Source of the DNA: Bacteroidota bacterium
Lineage (GTDB): Bacteria; Bacteroidota; Bacteroidia; Cytophagales; Cyclobacteriaceae
DNA length: 64,000 nucleotides
NCBI GenBank assembly: GCA_003242315.2
Contig: QGUY02000003.1
Location: 141-64,140 of the forward strand
Reading direction: 5' to 3'
The notes beneath the pieces are model-generated. The model saw nothing but the letters and a program-made list of their open reading frames with translations. It was not told where the DNA came from and did no database searches. A program made the position numbers and the translations under genes. Shown in pieces: positions 56,200 to 64,000 of the stretch. Each line of letters begins with the position of its first letter. The stretch's first letter is position 1.

Positions 56200-56961
56200 A
56201 TGCTGGCTCAACAATGGCTCAACAATGCGCGTCAGGTAATGGCGCGAATCGAGGAAACTCAACTGGACAACATCAGGAAGGCGGCTGAAATCATGGCTGA
56301 CACCATCGAAGCAGGCCGATGGGTTCACACCTTTGGTTGCGGACACGCCACCATACCCATCGAAGAAATGTATCCCCGCATTGGGGGCTTCGTTGGATTT
56401 CATCCCCTGATCGAACTTCCTTTGACATTCTTTACAAGGATCACCGGTGAGATGGGCGTCCATCAGTTCCTCTTCCTCGAACGCGTAGAAGGATACGGAG
56501 GTGCCATCATGAAGAGCTACGATTTCGATCCTCGCGACACGATGTGGATATTCTCACACTCCGGGATCAACAACGTCAATATTGACGTCGCTCTCGAATC
56601 CAAAAAGCGGGGAATGAAGGTCATCGTGTTTGGCTCCGCGGCAGAAGCAAAAGGAAAAAAATCACGGCATTCGACCGGAAAGACGCTTTTCGAGATCGCT
56701 GATCTCGTCGTCGACTCCTGCGCCCCGATTGAGGACGCGTCGGTACCGCTAAAAAATCACCAGGATAAAGTAGGACCCGTCTCCACCATGGCCTTCATCA
56801 CCTGCGTCTGGATGACCGTAACTACCGTCGCCGAAATCCTCGCCGACCGTGGCGTTAAACTCTTCATTCACCCGTCACACAACGTTCCCGGTGACACCAC
56901 CGCCCGCGAACGTTTAGACGCGGCGTTGGCAGAGTATAAAAGAAGAGTGCAGGGAGTGTAA
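56200..56961 (+). CDS. SIS-domain protein (UPF0309-like)
   Basis: 253 aa. HTFGCGHA and IFSHSGIN motifs of the sugar isomerase/phosphosugar-binding fold. Confidence 0.7.
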   Translation: MLAQQWLNNARQVMARIEETQLDNIRKAAEIMADTIEAGRWVHTFGCGHATIPIEEMYPRIGGFVGFHPLIELPLTFFTRITGEMGVHQFLFLERVEGYGGAIMKSYDFDPRDTMWIFSHSGINNVNIDVALESKKRGMKVIVFGSAAEAKGKKSRHSTGKTLFEIADLVVDSCAPIEDASVPLKNHQDKVGPVSTMAFITCVWMTVTTVAEILADRGVKLFIHPSHNVPGDTTARERLDAALAEYKRRVQGV

Positions 56962-56962
56962 C

Positions 56963-56988
56963 GTGTTTACGTGCGTACGTGTTTACGT
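56963..56988. repeat. GTGTTTACGT x2 (16-nt period), inverse of the uxuA-upstream doublet
   Basis: Copies at 56963-56972 and 56979-56988. The reverse complement ACGTAAACAC matches 48988-48997 and 49004-49013, with the same period. Confidence 0.7.
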
Positions 56989-57059
56989 GTTCATGTTGAC
57001 TCCAACATCGTCGTGGCATGCGGGATCCCGGGGTCTGAGCGTCGTGGAGGGACCGGAAA

Positions 57060-57109
57060 GATTAGTGATTTGTGATTAGTGATTAGTGATTTTTGATTTA
57101 CTGATTACG
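57060..57109. repeat. Tandem heptamer array GATTAGT-type (7 units)
   Basis: gattagt gatttgt gattagt gattagt gattttt gatttact gattacg. Confidence 0.8.
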
Positions 57110-57170
57110 GTTTCGGGTTAAGGAACCACGCTATAAGTTTCACCCAACTCTGTAGTGGAGAATCATTCGT

Positions 57171-57205
57171 AAATCGCAGATCGCAAATCACAGATCACTA
57201 ATCAC
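57171..57205. repeat. Tandem heptamer array AAATCGC/AGATCAC-type (5 units), inverted relative to 57060-57109
   Basis: aaatcgc agatcgc aaatcac agatcac taatcac. The reverse complement gives GTGATTW/GCGATYT units like those of the left array. Confidence 0.8.
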
Positions 57206-57280
57206 CACCCCTTACCCTAAAGAGGCTCAACCCGCAGGTATTCCCTTTTCAATGCGATGTCTCATATAGCCGCACGTACC

Positions 57281-57318
57281 AACATCAACACACGCACACA
57301 CATCAACACATCAACACA
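57281..57318. repeat. CA-rich CATCAACACA array
   Basis: catcaacaca at 57283-57292 and 57301-57310, and tcaacaca at 57311-57318. Confidence 0.6.
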
Positions 57319-57326
57319 TTTTCGGC

Positions 57327-57369
57327 CCTTCGACAAGCTCAGGGACCTCCTTCGACAAGCTCAGGGACC
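57327..57369. repeat. Tandem direct repeat of a 21-mer (CCTTCGACAAGCTCAGGGACC x2)
   Basis: Identical copies at 57327-57347 and 57349-57369, with a 22-nt period. Confidence 0.85.
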
Positions 57370-57444
57370 ATTGACCCATCAACACCGTGTGGTGATGAGC
57401 GAAAAGAGGCTCAACTTCAACACTTCAACATCCACCTCAACACT

Positions 57445-59268
57445 TCACTCGTACAACTTTTGATGCAGTTCCCGCAGCGTTTCCTCCGGCATCTTAATCA
57501 CCTTCCTGTCGTAGGTCATCAGTCCGTTGACTTCAATTTCAACATCAGTTGTCTGCGTGTATACTGCTGCTGAAAGGCCCTTATCAACAAGTTTGTCGAG
57601 GTTGTTGATGTATGTAGTATAACGCTCGAGTAACGCGTCTTTATCGGGGAAGCTCTGATAACCCCAGTTGTCCTTGGCTTGCCATGTATGGCCTTCGAGA
57701 GGAAGTCCTAACCCGCCGTATTCGCCAAGCACCAGCGCGTAGTTCTTGCCGAATAGTTCAGGCCGGGGCATAACCGGATCAGGATAATTGTGTATATCGA
57801 GAATATGTCCCACATCGTAAAAGTTACCTCCGCTTGCCTGGTTGACGAGTCGCGAAGGATCATACTTCATGGTCCATTCGACAATTTCGCGTGTCTTGAA
57901 CTGTCCCCACGCTTCATTGAAAGGAACCCACACTACAATGCATGGGAAATTGTAAGTGGCATCGATGATAGCCTTCCACTCGTTGCGGAATATTTGTTCT
58001 GATTCAGGTGTTCGTTGTTTTTCCGTTTCGACACCTGTGATTCCCGGCCGGCTGTCCCAACGGTTGCCCATGTCGCCACTCGGCATGTCCTGCCACACAA
58101 GGATACCCAGCTTGTCGCAGTGGTAATACCAGCGCGCGGGCTCGACCTTAACATGCTTTCGGATCATGTTAAAACCCATCGCTTTGGTTTTTTCAACATC
58201 AAATCTCAACGCCTCGTCTGTGGGTGCCGTGTAAAGACCGTCGGGCCACCAGCCCTGATCGAGTGGACCGTACTGAAAGACAAACTTGTTGTTGAGCATC
58301 ATGCGTTTAATGCCATCGCTACCGGTAGCCACCGAGATTTTGCGCATGCCGAAATAGCTTTTGATCTCATCGATCACCCTCCTGCCGCGGCGGATCTGCA
58401 CCGTGAGGTCGTAGAGAAACGGATCCGCCGGGGACCACAACTTTGCATTGGGGATGGTGAGCGTGGTTTCAGGTCCGGCTACCAACTGTTCTGCTACTTT
58501 TTGCTGTCCGTCCCACGCAGCAACAATAATTTCATCTTCTTGCTGGAGGTTGACTGTTTTCACCTGAACACTGAGGCTTTGCGCATCAACGTTCGGCGTA
58601 GTCCAAATTGATTCGATGTAGGTACGGGGTACGGCTTCAAGCCACACGGTCTGCCAAATTCCGGTAACGGGTGTATACCAGATACTCTGAGGATTCTTTA
58701 CCTGCTTTCCCCTTGGCTGAGGTCCGTCATCAGATGGATCCCATACGGACACAATAATCTCCTGCGTTCCGGAGCGCTTCACATGCTGAGTGATGTCAAA
58801 TGAAAACGGATCATAGCCGCCTTTGTGTGAGCCAACCGCCGTGCCGTTGACAAACACCTCGCATTGCCAATCTACAGCGCCAAAATGCAACAGCACATTC
58901 TTGCCCTTGAAAGACGATGGCAGCGTAAACGTGCGACGATACCAAAGCTTGTTGTCCTTGCCGACGGTTTTGCCTACACCGGAGAGTGCCGACTCAATGG
59001 CGAAGGGAACAAGAATCTTCCCCTCATATGCAGATGGCCTACCCGCTGTAGCAGGCTGAATGGCGTAGTCCCAAAGACCATTGAGATTGTGCCAGGTATC
59101 GCGTACCATCTGAGGTCTGGGATACTCAGGCAGCGGCTGTGAGGAATTGACTCGCTCAGCCCAGGGGGTGGTGATCTTGTCGCCAGCGATTTTCCAGCTT
59201 TCTTGCGCGTAAAGCGCGCCATGAAACAACCAAAGACAAAGGACGAAACAGTTTTTCAGATGCATCAT
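57445..59268 (-). CDS. GH2-family glycoside hydrolase, secreted
   Basis: Signal peptide, sugar-binding N-domain (LHFGAVDWQCEVFVNG), and a TIM-barrel with WVPFNEAWGQ (acid/base Glu region). Confidence 0.8.
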   Translation of the reverse strand: MMHLKNCFVLCLWLFHGALYAQESWKIAGDKITTPWAERVNSSQPLPEYPRPQMVRDTWHNLNGLWDYAIQPATAGRPSAYEGKILVPFAIESALSGVGKTVGKDNKLWYRRTFTLPSSFKGKNVLLHFGAVDWQCEVFVNGTAVGSHKGGYDPFSFDITQHVKRSGTQEIIVSVWDPSDDGPQPRGKQVKNPQSIWYTPVTGIWQTVWLEAVPRTYIESIWTTPNVDAQSLSVQVKTVNLQQEDEIIVAAWDGQQKVAEQLVAGPETTLTIPNAKLWSPADPFLYDLTVQIRRGRRVIDEIKSYFGMRKISVATGSDGIKRMMLNNKFVFQYGPLDQGWWPDGLYTAPTDEALRFDVEKTKAMGFNMIRKHVKVEPARWYYHCDKLGILVWQDMPSGDMGNRWDSRPGITGVETEKQRTPESEQIFRNEWKAIIDATYNFPCIVVWVPFNEAWGQFKTREIVEWTMKYDPSRLVNQASGGNFYDVGHILDIHNYPDPVMPRPELFGKNYALVLGEYGGLGLPLEGHTWQAKDNWGYQSFPDKDALLERYTTYINNLDKLVDKGLSAAVYTQTTDVEIEVNGLMTYDRKVIKMPEETLRELHQKLYE

Positions 59269-59396
59269 TGAAGTTCGTTAATGAGTGTTTGTACCGGGCG
59301 GATAATTTACGGGAAATATCTACGCAACAACACTGTGAAACTGAGGTGTGTGTTTTGTGTTTTTTATATTTTCGTGGGATAACCAATTAACCAATC

Positions 59397-60509
59397 ATGA
59401 ACCTGACCAGCAAATACATTCCCGTTTGGGCACTTTCACTCGCAGTCCTGGTAGCAGGATGCGGAAAATCATCACAAGAAAAGGCTGAAACGTCGGCATC
59501 TTCCGACTCCGCTTCTGCTCAGCCTGTAGGCATCTCCGAACCCCTCGTAACGCACATTTACACCGCAGACCCGTCGGCCCATGTGTTCGATGGTAAGATT
59601 TATATCTACCCGTCGCACGACATCGACGCTGGCACCCCGGAAAACGATATGGGGGATCACTTCGACATGCGCGACTATCACGTGCTGTCGATGAGCACCA
59701 TTCCCGGTGAGGTGACGGATCACGGCGTCGCGCTGGATATCAAAGATATCCCCTGGGCAGGACGTCAGCTCTGGGCGCCTGATGCCGCTTTCAAGGACGG
59801 CAAGTACTATCTGTACTTCCCGGCAAAAGACAAGCAAGACATCTTCCGAATCGGCGTGGCCATCAGCGATTCACCCGCAGGGCCCTTCAAAGCTGAGCCC
59901 GAACCCATCAAAGGAAGCTACAGCATTGACCCGGCCGTTTTTCAGGACGACGATGGAAAATTTTATATGTACTTCGGCGGCATATGGGGTGGCCAACTGC
60001 AACGGTGGAGCACCGGAGAATATGCGGGACACGATGCATCAAAGACCGATCTTCAGAAGGACGACGCTCCGGCCATCGGTCCGCGTGTTGCGATGCTGAG
60101 CGACGACATGGTGAGCTTTGCTGAACCTGTGAAAGAGATCAGTATCGTGGATGCTGAAGGCAATCCTATCCTGGGTGGCGATCACGACCGTCGATTCTTC
60201 GAAGCACCATGGATGCACAAATACAATGGCACGTATTATCTGTCATACTCTACGGGCGATACGCACTACATCGTTTACGCTACTGGTGACAATCCCTACG
60301 GGCCGTTTACTTACCGCGGTGTTGTGTTGAATCCTGTTATCGGCTGGACAAACCACCACTCCATCGTAGAGTATAACGGCAAGTGGTATCTCTTCTATCA
60401 CGACAGCAGCCTCTCCGGAGGAAAAACCCACCTGCGGTGCATAAAGGTGACAGAGTTGACGCATAATCCGGATGGCACAATACAAACAATCAATCCCTAT
60501 GTCCAGTAG
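59397..60509 (+). CDS. GH43-family xylosidase/arabinofuranosidase lipoprotein
   Basis: Lipobox VAGCG. ADPSAHVFDGKIYIYPSHD (catalytic Asp region), WAPDAAFKDGKYYLYF and FEAPWMHKYNGTYYLSYS. Confidence 0.85.
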   Translation: MNLTSKYIPVWALSLAVLVAGCGKSSQEKAETSASSDSASAQPVGISEPLVTHIYTADPSAHVFDGKIYIYPSHDIDAGTPENDMGDHFDMRDYHVLSMSTIPGEVTDHGVALDIKDIPWAGRQLWAPDAAFKDGKYYLYFPAKDKQDIFRIGVAISDSPAGPFKAEPEPIKGSYSIDPAVFQDDDGKFYMYFGGIWGGQLQRWSTGEYAGHDASKTDLQKDDAPAIGPRVAMLSDDMVSFAEPVKEISIVDAEGNPILGGDHDRRFFEAPWMHKYNGTYYLSYSTGDTHYIVYATGDNPYGPFTYRGVVLNPVIGWTNHHSIVEYNGKWYLFYHDSSLSGGKTHLRCIKVTELTHNPDGTIQTINPYVQ

Positions 60510-60541
60510 CAGTAGGCGGTAGTGGGCCACCTGTTAGCTAC

Positions 60542-60599
60542 CTAATCAACCTGGTCTGCCGCAATCAAGTACGGGTTATTGGCAGACCAGGTTGGTTAA
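60542..60599. repeat. Long inverted repeat (18-bp arms, 20-nt loop) between convergent genes
   Basis: taatcaacctggtctgcc pairs with ggcagaccaggttggtta: 14 perfect bp, one G-T pair, then 3 more bp. There is no T-run on either side. Confidence 0.7.
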
Positions 60600-60622
60600 G
60601 GCGCCCGGCCAGGAAAGATTAG

Positions 60623-60724
60623 TTATTCTACAATCAGTCGCTCTGTTTTTAAGAGTTCTTTATTGTGGTAGACGCGAAGGATGTACGTTCCTTTTTCCCA
60701 TCCGCTCACATCAATCTTCTCGCC
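60623..60724 (-). pseudogene. Relic of a T9SS C-terminal sorting domain
   Basis: The minus strand reads GEKIDVSGWEKGTYILRVYHNKELLKTERLIVE-stop. The frame is closed by a stop at 60773-60775 and has no ATG or GTG start codon. Confidence 0.4.
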
Positions 60725-60758
60725 TGAACAGTACCTAAGGGTGGTCAAAGCGAAGATA

Positions 60759-62066
60759 TCAGTTACCCCTCCTCAAGAACATCCAGCCGAGCAATCCCGC
60801 CAAAACTGAGGCCGCGAGTATCCCGATCTTGGCTTCAATGGCATGATCGGTGGTGGTTCCAAAAGCAAGCGTTGTGATAAACAGCGACATCGTGAAGCCA
60901 ATGCCGCCCACCATGCCGAGGCCGAGGATGGTTCTGAAGTCCACGCCCTCGGGAAGGTTCGACCATTTGAGTTTGACGAACAGCCACGACATGCCGAAGA
61001 TTCCGAGCACTTTGCCCAGCAGCAGCCCGAAGAAAACGCCCATCGTCACGGGTGTCAACAAGTCATCCATTGAAATTTCCTTCAGCGAAATTCCCGCGTT
61101 GGCCAGCGCAAAGATGGGCATCACAACGAAGAGTGCTACGGGACGAAGGGTATGCTCCAGACGCTGCAGCGGCGTATCGGCTGAGCGGGTAAGACTTTTT
61201 ATCTTTTCGATCGCGTGCACTTGTCCTGGCTCGAGAATAGAAACGTCGTTGGGTCGGACACTTTCGAACTCAGTTACGTACTGCCTGAGATGCGTTGCAA
61301 AACTTGCCTCCTTGATCTTGGTACGGGCAGGTATCGCTAACGCTGCAAGAACGCCGGCAACCGTGGCGTGCACACCCGACAACAGGAACGCAAGCCACAA
61401 TCCCCCTATCCCCAGTATTCCATAAAGAATAGTGCTGCGAACACCGAGGTAGTTCGCCGTCAGCAACACCCCAAGAAAGCCTGCCCCAATGGCAAGATTC
61501 GCAATTGAAATGTCCGAAGAATAATTAATGGCAATAACAAGCACAGCGCCCAGGTCATCTGCGATGGCAAGCGTAGTGAGAAATATCCGGGCCGCGTAAG
61601 GTACCCGATTACCCAGGATCGATAATACGGCAAGAGCGAAAGCAATATCCGTTGCCATGGGAATACCCCACCCGACGACACCCGGCGAATCATAATTAAA
61701 GATGATGTAGATCAATGCAGGAAGAAGCATGCCTCCCAAAGCAGCTGCCAGGGGAAGCAAGGCGTTGCGCGGATTGGATAATTCGCCACCAATGATTTCA
61801 CGTTTGAGTTCCAGGCCTACGACAAAGAAGAACATAGCCATCAAACCGTCGTTGATCCAGTCGTGCAAAGACTCCGCAACTTCATACCCGGCAAATCCAA
61901 TCGAAAATTCCAATGACCAAATGTCGTGGTAGATATCGCTAAGCGGGGAATTGGAAAGGATTAAGGCGATAACGGTACAGACGAGTAACACGATGCCAGA
62001 CGAAGACTCTTCGTGGATAAACTTCTGAAAGGGACGCAGGATTTTATCTATGCGCTCAGCATTCAT
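60759..62066 (-). CDS. nhaA: Na+/H+ antiporter NhaA
   Basis: FFFVVGLELKRE and LAIADDLGAV (the Asp pair), with about 11-12 TM helices. I prefer ATG 62066 over 62087. Confidence 0.9.
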   Translation of the reverse strand: MNAERIDKILRPFQKFIHEESSSGIVLLVCTVIALILSNSPLSDIYHDIWSLEFSIGFAGYEVAESLHDWINDGLMAMFFFVVGLELKREIIGGELSNPRNALLPLAAALGGMLLPALIYIIFNYDSPGVVGWGIPMATDIAFALAVLSILGNRVPYAARIFLTTLAIADDLGAVLVIAINYSSDISIANLAIGAGFLGVLLTANYLGVRSTILYGILGIGGLWLAFLLSGVHATVAGVLAALAIPARTKIKEASFATHLRQYVTEFESVRPNDVSILEPGQVHAIEKIKSLTRSADTPLQRLEHTLRPVALFVVMPIFALANAGISLKEISMDDLLTPVTMGVFFGLLLGKVLGIFGMSWLFVKLKWSNLPEGVDFRTILGLGMVGGIGFTMSLFITTLAFGTTTDHAIEAKIGILAASVLAGLLGWMFLRRGN

Positions 62067-62224
62067 GTTAACATACCATTGTCCCACAAGTTGGTAAAAA
62101 GGCTACTATTATGCGTATATGAGCCATTTCTCTGTGTTTTGAGTCGCTTTGACGATTGCATCTGCCAAACGACGGTTGTATAACATTAATATCTCTTTAT
62201 AGTAGCCGGATTGATTATTAATCC

Positions 62225-62232
62225 TACCTTTG
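62225..62232 (+). promoter_or_regulatory. Candidate -7 promoter box (TACCTTTG) for the cold-shock gene
   Basis: Exact TAnnTTTG match 29 nt upstream of ATG 62261, in an AT-rich spacer. Confidence 0.35.
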
Positions 62233-62260
62233 TCAATTATTATAACACTATCACAATTTA

Positions 62261-62452
62261 ATGAACACAGGAACAGTAAAATTCTTTAATGAATCCAAAG
62301 GATTCGGATTTATTAAGGACGACCAAACAGGAAAAGAGTACTTTGTACATGCTTCCGGCCTTATTAATCCGATCAAGGAGAACGATGAGGTTACCTTCGA
62401 ACTCAGGGAAGGTAAAAAGGGATTAAATGCAGTTAATGTTAAACTATCATAG
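62261..62452 (+). CDS. Cold-shock protein (CspA family)
   Basis: GTVKFFNESKGFGFI (RNP1) and YFVHASGL (RNP2). 63 aa. Confidence 0.95.
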   Translation: MNTGTVKFFNESKGFGFIKDDQTGKEYFVHASGLINPIKENDEVTFELREGKKGLNAVNVKLS

Positions 62453-62480
62453 TTGACATACAAGATCATTTAGTTTGCAA

Positions 62481-62505
62481 AACCCCGACGATGTCGGGGT
62501 TTTTT
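62481..62505 (+). terminator. Rho-independent terminator after the csp gene
   Basis: aaccccgac / gat / gtcggggtt: a 9-bp stem running into TTTTTT. Confidence 0.85.
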
Positions 62506-62569
62506 GTTTGCCGCCCACCACACCCCAAAAAAAAATTTCCGGCCACTTTCAAAACCCGGGGACGTTTTG

Positions 62570-62577
62570 TACGTTTG
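62570..62577 (+). promoter_or_regulatory. Candidate -7 promoter box (TACGTTTG) for the TetR operon
   Basis: Exact TAnnTTTG match 23 nt upstream of ATG 62600. Confidence 0.35.
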
Positions 62578-62599
62578 TTTAACCAAATGGTTAAATCAA

Positions 62600-63208
62600 A
62601 TGGTTAAAGAGGATATTGGGACTGAAAAGCTGATTCTGGAGGCCGCGAAGCGGGTTTTTCACGAGCGCGGACTCGCCGGCGCCCGAATGCAGCAGATTGC
62701 TGACGAAGCGGGTATCAACAAGGCGCTTCTTCATTACTATTTCCGAAACAAGGAACAGCTGTTTAAGGCGGTGTTCACGGATGCCTTCGCGCGTCTCATC
62801 CCCCAGATCAATGAAATATTTGACTCCGATGAGCCGCTTTTTGATAAGATTCGGTCGTTCGCGGACCGCTACACCGCCATCCTGATGGAAAACCACTACC
62901 TGCCGGGGTTTATCATCCAGGAGCTTAACAGCAATCCCAATTTTGCGGCCGAGTATCTTACCCCAGAGCGGAAACCGAACCCGCAAAAGCTGTTCAGCCA
63001 AATTCGGCAGGAAGTGGAAGCCGGTCGAATCAGGCCCGTAGAACCCCAACAGTTCGTGATTAGCCTGCTGGGGCTATGCCTTTTCCCCTTCATCGCAGCG
63101 GAAATGATCCGTCACGTGACGGGTATGTCGAAGGAGCAATACATGCTTTTCCTCGCAGAACGCAAGAAACACATTCCTGAGTTTGTCATTAACGCCATAA
63201 AACCGTGA
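62600..63208 (+). CDS. TetR/AcrR-family transcriptional regulator
   Basis: HTH KLILEAAKRVFHERGLAGARMQQIADEAGINKALLHYYF. Start moved to ATG 62600. Confidence 0.85.
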   Translation: MVKEDIGTEKLILEAAKRVFHERGLAGARMQQIADEAGINKALLHYYFRNKEQLFKAVFTDAFARLIPQINEIFDSDEPLFDKIRSFADRYTAILMENHYLPGFIIQELNSNPNFAAEYLTPERKPNPQKLFSQIRQEVEAGRIRPVEPQQFVISLLGLCLFPFIAAEMIRHVTGMSKEQYMLFLAERKKHIPEFVINAIKP

Positions 63209-64000
63209 GAACGCTATTCAACCATCGCGTCCCTCTCCTGCTGATCGCGACCTTCATGATCATCACGGCACCCTCACGCTCACAGGATTCGTTGGGACTG
63301 CAGGAGTGCTACCGGCTGCTTGAACAAAACTACCCGCTTGTGAGGCAGAAGGGCCTCCTTATCGAACGCACTACGCTGACGCAGGAGTCCATCCGGAAAA
63401 AATTTCGTCCATCAGTAAACTTCAATGCACAAGCTACTTGGCAGTCCGATGTGCCACACGTACCCATTGCTCCACCCGGCAGCGATATACCCATGCCAAA
63501 CAAGGATCAGTACCGCGCTACGCTGGATGTTAACCAACTGCTGTACGATGGGGGAACGATCAGGAGCTCCATCGACGTCGAAGACCTGAGTGCACAGGCA
63601 GAACAGCAACAGGTTGATGTTGCTATCCATCAGGTAAAGCGTCGCGTTAATCAGGCCTATTTTACGGTGCTTCTTCTCCAGGAAACCGACAAGCTGTTTG
63701 CTCTTTCTGAACGGAATTTGTTGACCCAACTCAGAGAAGTGCGCTCAGCCATTCGGAATGGCACCGCCATCCCATCTGCTGCTGATGTTCTTCAGGCGGG
63801 AATTCTGCAAACCCGTCAGCAACGGTTCGAAAATCGCGCCGACCGCGCAGCAGCGTTGCAGACACTCGGTGATCTCATCGGGATAAAAATCGATACGGGC
63901 ACCGTCCTGCAGCGTCCCGTACTCGACATAAGCGTGGACGATGTGCTTTCACGGCCTGAACTCAATCTATATAACCTCCAACAACAGTACGTTGACGCAT
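63205..64000 (+). CDS. TolC-family outer-membrane efflux protein (3' end outside the window)
   Basis: A GTG start overlaps the TetR stop (GTGA). Signal peptide VRTLFNHRVPLLLIATFMIITAPSRSQ, then LQECYRLLEQNYPL and coiled-coil-like repeats typical of the TolC N-terminal half. The frame is open to nt 64000. Confidence 0.75.
   Translation, partial: MRTLFNHRVPLLLIATFMIITAPSRSQDSLGLQECYRLLEQNYPLVRQKGLLIERTTLTQESIRKKFRPSVNFNAQATWQSDVPHVPIAPPGSDIPMPNKDQYRATLDVNQLLYDGGTIRSSIDVEDLSAQAEQQQVDVAIHQVKRRVNQAYFTVLLLQETDKLFALSERNLLTQLREVRSAIRNGTAIPSAADVLQAGILQTRQQRFENRADRAAALQTLGDLIGIKIDTGTVLQRPVLDISVDDVLSRPELNLYNLQQQYVDA

Noticed and set aside
56962-57444. Possible CRISPR array, because of the many short repeats
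   Set aside because: The repeat units are 7-22 nt and belong to several unrelated types, with no regular repeat-spacer periodicity. No cas genes are nearby.
57257-57463. 68-aa ORF (MSHIAARTNINTRTHINTSTH...)
   Set aside because: It is simply the translation of the CA-rich and 21-mer repeats. It overlaps the 3' end of the GH2 gene.
63412-63729. 105-aa minus-strand ORF
   Set aside because: It is antisense to the TolC-family gene, which has a signal peptide and is coupled to the TetR stop.
1-64000. Scan for mobile elements, prophage, defence systems, tRNA/rRNA, and riboswitch-like leaders
   Set aside because: I recognised no transposase, integrase, recombinase, restriction, Cas, toxin-antitoxin or phage structural motifs in any ORF. 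I saw no tRNA-like cloverleaf or rRNA segment. This is an eye scan only, so covariance-model and HMM searches are still needed.

Overview
This is a dense, chromosomal-looking 64-kb segment of a Bacteroidota genome. Supporting signs are a SusC/SusD pair, several T9SS C-terminal sorting domains, lipoprotein signals and TAnnTTTG-type -7 boxes. I count about 55 protein genes. By eye I find no rRNA, tRNA, CRISPR array, transposase, integrase, or recognisable phage or defence gene.

Gene content from left to right:
- asnS (5'-truncated), a USP, a threonine-aldolase-like gene, nnr, a nitrilase-family gene and a HAD nucleotidase.
- A block of periplasmic redox enzymes: a GMC flavoprotein with a Tat small subunit, two tandem DUF4082-like lipoproteins, a PQQ propeller with an internal heme-c domain, and a 1136-aa PVC-type heme-c/HEAT protein. 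This block lies directly downstream of an isolated SGNH-nuoA-B-C-D block.
- An orphan LytTR response regulator.
- Three translationally coupled amidohydrolase-fold genes, then SUI1 and a J-domain protein.
- A stress island: two USPs, a FixL-like PAS kinase and a REC-Crp/Fnr fusion regulator.
- A LemA-TPM-TPM module.
- A glucuronoxylan utilisation locus (GH10 with T9SS tag, SusD, SusC, GH3, GH67, UxuA) bracketed by two paralogous LacI regulators that share one palindromic operator.
- A DeoR-associated GH9 / deacetylase / ROK kinase / MFS / SIS cluster.
- GH2, GH43, NhaA, a cold-shock protein, TetR and the start of a TolC-type gene.

Most interesting observations:
1. A dnaX-like -1 frameshift cassette (GGAGG, 10 nt, A_AAA_AAG, TAA) joins the GH9 gene to a deacetylase ORF that has no usable start codon.
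2. A FixL-like heme-PAS kinase is paired with a regulator that fuses a FixJ-type receiver to a FixK-type Crp/Fnr module, next to USP genes.
3. In the amidohydrolase trio only the middle member keeps the HxH metal motif.
4. Several families of short intergenic repeats are present: GAGACGCGC palindromes at convergent gene junctions, inverted arrays of GTGATTW heptamers, and shared words between distant spacers.

All domain and family calls are made by eye from motifs. No database search or folding program was run.
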